DNA of 61,766 nt from a virus (taxonomy: Duplodnaviria > Caudoviricetes), in the IMG/VR virus record IMGVR_UViG_3300027756_001348, positions 1 through 61,766 of that record. One strand, given 5' to 3'. The position numbers and the translations under genes were made by a program. Below the pieces are notes generated by a model, which had not been told where the DNA came from, did not search any database, and worked only from the letters and a program-made list of their open reading frames with translations. Shown one piece after another: positions 57,176-61,766 of the stretch. Each line of letters starts with the position of its first letter. The stretch's first letter is position 1.

Positions 57176-57763
57176 ATGCAACATTTTTTTAGTATTATAG
57201 GTAAAAATATCAATGCAGAATCCTTGGTGGATGTGGCGTTGAGTGAAAGTGCCATAGGACTGTTTGAAGATCAAACCAATTATCAAATATTTGAAGACGA
57301 ACAAGGCAATCAAGTGCTGCGTGTGGAACTGCACAGAGCACTGGATGAAATAGAATCTGATGAATTGGCCGAAAGCCTCAATGAACAGTTGAAAGAAATG
57401 GGTTTGGAAGAATTTGACATAGAAGTCAGCACCAACGAACAATTGGATGAAGAGACCTATGAAGGTGATGATTTCCACAGTGCATATGATGTGATGTGGT
57501 TCAACGAAGATGATGCATTGGATGAAGCAGAATACAGAGGACGCAAAGTGCCTTTGGGCAAACCCATGAGAGGTGATGTGAAAAAATTCAAAGTGTATGT
57601 GCGTAAACCCACTGGCAACATAGTGAAAGTGAATTTTGGTGATCCCAACATGAGGATTAAAAAATCCAATCCAGCTAGACGCAGAAGTTTTAGAGCCAGA
57701 CACAATTGTGCTAATCCAGGTCCAAGAACCAAAGCAAGATATTGGAGTTGTCGCAAATGGTAA
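57176..57763 (+). CDS. Two-part protein: acidic N-half plus a basic C-terminal module starting at LDE-AEYRGRKV
   Basis: Sharp acidic-to-basic switch; module ends ARYWSCRKW. Confidence 0.7.
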   Translation: MQHFFSIIGKNINAESLVDVALSESAIGLFEDQTNYQIFEDEQGNQVLRVELHRALDEIESDELAESLNEQLKEMGLEEFDIEVSTNEQLDEETYEGDDFHSAYDVMWFNEDDALDEAEYRGRKVPLGKPMRGDVKKFKVYVRKPTGNIVKVNFGDPNMRIKKSNPARRRSFRARHNCANPGPRTKARYWSCRKW

Positions 57764-57954
57764 AAGCCACAGATTATAAAACACACAGAAAAACTGTTTC
57801 CAAAGAAGATCAAGAAGTTTTCGATTGGATAGGACAAAAATTACAGGACATCTATGATGGCAAAGATCCATATATTTCCGAAGAAGAAGCAGAAAAAGAT
57901 CGTCAAGCATGGTTAAAGACTCAACCAACAATTGAACCAGCACAGGAAAGATAG
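57757..57954 (+). CDS. Hypothetical protein
   Basis: ATG overlaps the upstream gene end. Confidence 0.5.
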   Translation: MVKATDYKTHRKTVSKEDQEVFDWIGQKLQDIYDGKDPYISEEEAEKDRQAWLKTQPTIEPAQER

Positions 57955-57956
57955 CA

Positions 57957-58289
57957 ATGAAAGCTAATGAATTCACAGCCATAACCAGAGACAATATTGG
58001 ATATGATATTTTAGAAGATATCTATCAATACATGCTGAACGACAGTGAGTTTTTTAGAAAAAATTTCTTTCCAGTGGCCAAAAGATACAGTGACAATCAA
58101 AAAGAAATGATGGAAAAGAATCCAATGGAAACTTGGGGTGGATGTGTGGATAAAGCAATCAATGAATATTTTGAAAAATTTAAAATCAACGGCAAGCAAG
58201 AAAAGATTATCAGTGCAGATGATAAAGTGGCACTCAGCAACAAGATTGTACAAGGCTTGTCCAAACATCCAGTCAAGAATGCACAATGA
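57957..58289 (+). CDS. Hypothetical protein with MKANEF leader
   Basis: 110-aa ORF. Confidence 0.65.
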   Translation: MKANEFTAITRDNIGYDILEDIYQYMLNDSEFFRKNFFPVAKRYSDNQKEMMEKNPMETWGGCVDKAINEYFEKFKINGKQEKIISADDKVALSNKIVQGLSKHPVKNAQ

Positions 58290-58852
58290 GACTGATAGAA
58301 ATCAATCAACCAGCGCCTAAAATTGCCGCGTTTGCCTACGGCAGAATGAATCCACCCACCACTGGTCATAAAAAATTAATAGATACCATCTCTACTCAAC
58401 CAGGAGATCATTTTTTATTTTTAACACACACGCAAGATACCAAATCAAATCCTCTCAGTTTTGCGGACAAATTAGATTATGCACAGAAGATATTTCCCAA
58501 CATCAAAGTGGGTGATGCTGGTGTGAAAACCATCATTGATGCCATGAAGAAATTGCAAAGCATGGGCTACAAAGACATCATATATGTGGCAGGCTCTGAC
58601 AGGGTGCAACAGTTTGATGAATTGTTGAACAAATACAATGGCAAAGACTATCAATTCAACAGCATAAAGACCATAAACGCTGGTATGAGAGATCCTGATG
58701 CAGAAGGTGCTGCAGGTGTGAGTGCCAGCAGAGCTAGAGAGTATGCTGTGCAAGGTGCTAGACGCAGTTTCTTAAACACTATACCTGCAGACGAAAAAAC
58801 AGCCACTGAGATATACCAAAAAATACGACAAAATTTAAAACAACCAGCATAA
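58286..58852 (+). CDS. Cytidylyltransferase-like (HIGH family) nucleotidyltransferase with MRLIEI leader
   Basis: GRMNPPTTGH, NPL, VAGSDR, RDPDA, SAS..R. Confidence 0.8.
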   Translation: MRLIEINQPAPKIAAFAYGRMNPPTTGHKKLIDTISTQPGDHFLFLTHTQDTKSNPLSFADKLDYAQKIFPNIKVGDAGVKTIIDAMKKLQSMGYKDIIYVAGSDRVQQFDELLNKYNGKDYQFNSIKTINAGMRDPDAEGAAGVSASRAREYAVQGARRSFLNTIPADEKTATEIYQKIRQNLKQPA

Positions 58853-58859
58853 ATATTGT

Positions 58860-59078
58860 ATGGACGAGATTGATAAATTAAAAAAACTGGCAGGCATAGA
58901 CACTTACAGCAATACTATGCCGTCTGTGGAAAATATCAGTTACACAGCACAGGCATTGAAAGACAAAGAAAAAGAATTAGGCCTAAAACCAGGCGATCCA
59001 GATTGGTTCAAACTGTGGTTCAGTTTGCCACACATGACTGGTTCAGTACAGAGCAAATTCAGAGGTAGAAAAAAATGA
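58860..59078 (+). CDS. Hypothetical protein
   Basis: LKKLAGI; KPG..DWFKLWF; ATAAATA 4 nt upstream. Confidence 0.65.
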   Translation: MDEIDKLKKLAGIDTYSNTMPSVENISYTAQALKDKEKELGLKPGDPDWFKLWFSLPHMTGSVQSKFRGRKK

Positions 59079-60022
59079 AGCTAAGAGATATTATATCAGA
59101 AGGTTCGCAGATGTCCGGCAGCATGGCGGCCAGGAAGAAAAAACTGGACATGATGACTCCTGACGAAATAAGAGCAGTGTTCAAAAACAGAGAAGATGTG
59201 GCCAAGCAGGCCCGTGGTGGACAGATAGCACCAGGATTTTCAGCCAAAGAACTGGCACAGAGACAGGAGTTCAGCTATGGCAGAGAATTTGCCAAAGGTA
59301 GACCATACTCCAAACATTTTGAAAGCACTCAAAAACCTTATGTGAGTCAAGCTGCAGACGGCCAATGGAATGTGCTGGACAAAGATGGCAAAACAGTGTT
59401 CTCATCCGGCAATTATAATGTGGCCCAAGATTACTTCAAAAAAAATTACGATAATCTAAAAGAAATAGAATTAGATGAAGGATTAAAAGACTGGTTGCAA
59501 AGAATGGCCGTGGCAGGAATCATTGTGGGCAGTGTGGCAGGCATAGGTTCCATCAACAATGCCATCAACAACAATGTGCCAGTGATACAGGCCATGAACA
59601 AAGCGTTGGATGTAGCCAATCAAAAAGGCGATACTCAATTGATACAGAATATCAAACAAGATATTGAAGTGGCCAGATTGAGTTTGGATTCAGGCAGAGA
59701 TTTAAACACAGTGAAAAACATGCAGGACAGATATGCCAAGTTCATGCCCGCAGATTACAAAAAAGAGAATTTAAGTTTCAAAGATAAAATTGCAAAAAAA
59801 ATTGTTCAACCTGTTAAAGATTACAACAGTGATAATGAATTGATCATGGTGATTAATCCTAACGACAAACAAGGAATAATTAAGATTCCACAAAAGTCTT
59901 GGCCGGACTATGAAAAAAAAGGATATGTGCAGGCTGAATCCAATGAAAGCTATGGTAGATATTGGTGTTCCACTGATAAAAAATTCAAACAAAGACAAAG
60001 CCCCAAACAAGACAGATCTTAA
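59075..60022 (+). CDS. Modular hypothetical protein with MKLRDIISE leader
   Basis: Short modules separated by xxE sites. Confidence 0.65.
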   Translation: MKLRDIISEGSQMSGSMAARKKKLDMMTPDEIRAVFKNREDVAKQARGGQIAPGFSAKELAQRQEFSYGREFAKGRPYSKHFESTQKPYVSQAADGQWNVLDKDGKTVFSSGNYNVAQDYFKKNYDNLKEIELDEGLKDWLQRMAVAGIIVGSVAGIGSINNAINNNVPVIQAMNKALDVANQKGDTQLIQNIKQDIEVARLSLDSGRDLNTVKNMQDRYAKFMPADYKKENLSFKDKIAKKIVQPVKDYNSDNELIMVINPNDKQGIIKIPQKSWPDYEKKGYVQAESNESYGRYWCSTDKKFKQRQSPKQDRS

Positions 60023-60029
60023 AAAATTT

Positions 60030-60191
60030 ATGGCTAAGGAAAAACCCTATTGCATCAATTGTGGCAATGATAGCCATTGCAAAAAAACTTTGAAAAGAAA
60101 AGAGAGCGAACATATTGGCGACAAAAAAACACGAGAATGGGTGATTGAAGTGTGCAGACGCTGTCACTGTGCCAATTGTGAAAAAGACTAA
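60030..60191 (+). CDS. Small Cys-rich zinc-binding protein
   Basis: CINC...HC...C..C.C..C. Confidence 0.6.
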   Translation: MAKEKPYCINCGNDSHCKKTLKRKESEHIGDKKTREWVIEVCRRCHCANCEKD

Positions 60192-60922
60192 TGAAGATTA
60201 CCGAAATACTATCTAACCAAAAAATATCTGTTGATTTATACAACAAACAGTTGTATAATAAACACATGACAGAACAATCTAATGTCAAACCCATTGTGTA
60301 TTTGGACATGGATGGCGTGATTGCAGATTTCTTTGGTGGAGTAGAACGTTTGTACGGTGTGGATCACTGGAAACAGCTGACATCTGACAAGACCAAAGAC
60401 CTACGCCAAGATGTGATTGACAGAATAGCAGGCACAGATTTTTTTGCACATCTTCCCAAGTTCAGCAGTGCAGATGCACTGATCGAGATGATCAAGAAAT
60501 TCACAGGTGGTCAATACAGCATACTGACTTCACCATTGAGAGGTGACACTGAAAACAGTGGCTATTACAAGAAAGTATGGATTGGCAAGCACATAGTCAA
60601 ACCAGATGACATCATTGTGACAGGACGCAAAGAATCCTATGCTGTCAAAAACGGTGTATCAAATATTTTAATAGATGATCGTCCCATCAACATAGACAAA
60701 TGGCAGAGCAAAGGTGGCTATGGCATACTGTATCAGGCCAACAAGCATCCACTCAGCAAGATCACTCAAGCACTAGAGCAATACAGTCAAAAAACAAAAT
60801 CCAAAGAAAAAGTGCCTGTGGAAGATGCAGCAGGTGTAGGAATTATTACCAAACAGAACACCACTCGAGATGTTAAACCAGGTGAGATCCGCAGACAAGC
60901 AAAAAAATTAAAACTGGTTTAA
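60191..60922 (+). CDS. HAD 5'(3')-deoxyribonucleotidase-like protein with MKITEI leader and appended C-terminal module
   Basis: YLDMDGVIADF, ILTSP, K..W, LIDDR. Confidence 0.8.
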   Translation: MKITEILSNQKISVDLYNKQLYNKHMTEQSNVKPIVYLDMDGVIADFFGGVERLYGVDHWKQLTSDKTKDLRQDVIDRIAGTDFFAHLPKFSSADALIEMIKKFTGGQYSILTSPLRGDTENSGYYKKVWIGKHIVKPDDIIVTGRKESYAVKNGVSNILIDDRPINIDKWQSKGGYGILYQANKHPLSKITQALEQYSQKTKSKEKVPVEDAAGVGIITKQNTTRDVKPGEIRRQAKKLKLV

Positions 60923-60926
60923 TACC

Positions 60927-61382
60927 ATGAAGATTCGTGAAATAGTGTTTAAGCATAAACTTAAACAATCTGACATAGACAATCTACGAGCTCAATATAC
61001 ACCATTCAAAGACAAGGCTTTGCCAGCTGTGAAAGGTCAGGCATTGCGACAACATTTGAAATCTTTGTCAGACGAAAATTTAAAACTGCTGATCAAAACA
61101 GACATACCACATGTGAGTCACAAAGCCCAAATTGTACTGGACATGAACAGATATGCTCAAATGCGTGATCCCATTATCAGTCCACTGGGCAACGTGGATG
61201 AGAACTTTGCGGATGGCCGAGGACCAGGCAAACCAGGTGACAGCAAGCGAGCAGGCATACCCAAAGGTGCCACCATCACACAATTAAAGAAGATACGCAG
61301 TTCTAACACAGCATCCGCACGCAAGAAACAACTGGCACACTGGCAGATAAACATGCGTCAAGGACGCAAACGCAATAAATAA
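60927..61382 (+). CDS. Modular basic protein with MKIREI leader
   Basis: C-terminal module VDE-NFADG...HW..NM..G. Confidence 0.65.
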   Translation: MKIREIVFKHKLKQSDIDNLRAQYTPFKDKALPAVKGQALRQHLKSLSDENLKLLIKTDIPHVSHKAQIVLDMNRYAQMRDPIISPLGNVDENFADGRGPGKPGDSKRAGIPKGATITQLKKIRSSNTASARKKQLAHWQINMRQGRKRNK

Positions 61383-61403
61383 TAGTATTAAACAAATACT
61401 GTT

Positions 61404-61565
61404 ATGAAACTCAAAGAAATCACACAAGGACTGCAAGAAAAACAGGACGCCTGCTATCGCAAGGTCAAATCCAGATACAAAGTTTGGCCTAGTGCCTATG
61501 CATCAGGTGCATTGGTTCAGTGTCGTAAAAAAGGCGCAGCCAATTGGGGCAACAAGAGCAAATAG
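61404..61565 (+). CDS. 53-aa protein with MKLKEI leader (absent from ORF track)
   Basis: MKLKEITQGLQE-KQDACYRKVKSRYKVWPSAYASGALVQCRKKGAANWGNKSK. Confidence 0.7.
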   Translation: MKLKEITQGLQEKQDACYRKVKSRYKVWPSAYASGALVQCRKKGAANWGNKSK

Positions 61566-61566
61566 T

Positions 61567-61766
61567 ATGAAATATCGAGAGATTTTAGAGAAGTGCTGGC
61601 AAGGTTATGTGCAGCGCGGCATGAAACCCAAAGGCAACAGAATGGTGCCCAACTGTGTGCCCGTGAAGGAGATGGAAGAAGATCTCAAACAATGGTTTAA
61701 ACAGAAGTGGGTGAGATTTGGTCCAGACGGCAAGATCAAAGGTGACTGTGCCAGAGGCAGCAGCAA
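61567..61766 (+). CDS. Modular protein with MKYREILE leader, 3'-truncated
   Basis: MKYREILE-KCWQGY...PNCVPVKEMEE-DLKQWFKQKWVRFGPDG; open to the window end. Confidence 0.7.
   Translation, partial: MKYREILEKCWQGYVQRGMKPKGNRMVPNCVPVKEMEEDLKQWFKQKWVRFGPDGKIKGDCARGSS

Noticed and set aside
57158-57994. 278-aa minus-strand ORF and the many other antisense ORFs in the track
   Set aside because: They fully overlap well-supported + strand genes, have no expression signals, and show F/S/L-rich shadow composition
1-61766. Stop-codon reassignment, CRISPR array, diversity-generating retroelement, integrase or transposase
   Set aside because: Known genes are full length in the standard code and end in TAA, TAG or TGA; no regularly spaced repeats, reverse transcriptase or recombinase seen

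Overview
Gene-dense, AT-rich segment of a large tailed dsDNA (T4-like/jumbo) bacteriophage genome, mostly coded on the + strand with the standard genetic code. The host is most likely an alphaproteobacterium, based on the circularly permuted two-piece tmRNA and the hemO-pcyX-like pair; spanin-like genes point to a Gram-negative cell. The window holds nucleotide and DNA metabolism genes (nrdA, nrdB, glutaredoxin, ligase, clamp loader, DnaE fragment, UvdE, exonuclease). It has an unusually complete translation/proteostasis kit (tmRNA, bS21, CspA, peptide deformylase, ClpS, ClpA, ClpP, DnaJ, GroES, parvulin) and iron/redox genes (NfuA, IscA, SOD, heme oxygenase, bilin reductase, 2OG-Fe oxygenase). 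A tail/baseplate block lies at 31.5-47 kb, and a terminal cluster of small modular proteins carries T4-like capsid-targeting/protease-cleavage signatures. The strongest novel candidates are: (1) a preQ1-I-like pseudoknot upstream of queD wired as a translational ON switch; (2) a permuted tmRNA with a 24-residue tag alongside a phage ClpAPS system; (3) modular, probably protease-processed internal head proteins; (4) an A_AAA_AAG -1 frameshift at the start of the window; (5) pervasive leaderless transcripts from both early and late promoters. All family calls come from motif recognition by eye, with no database searches.
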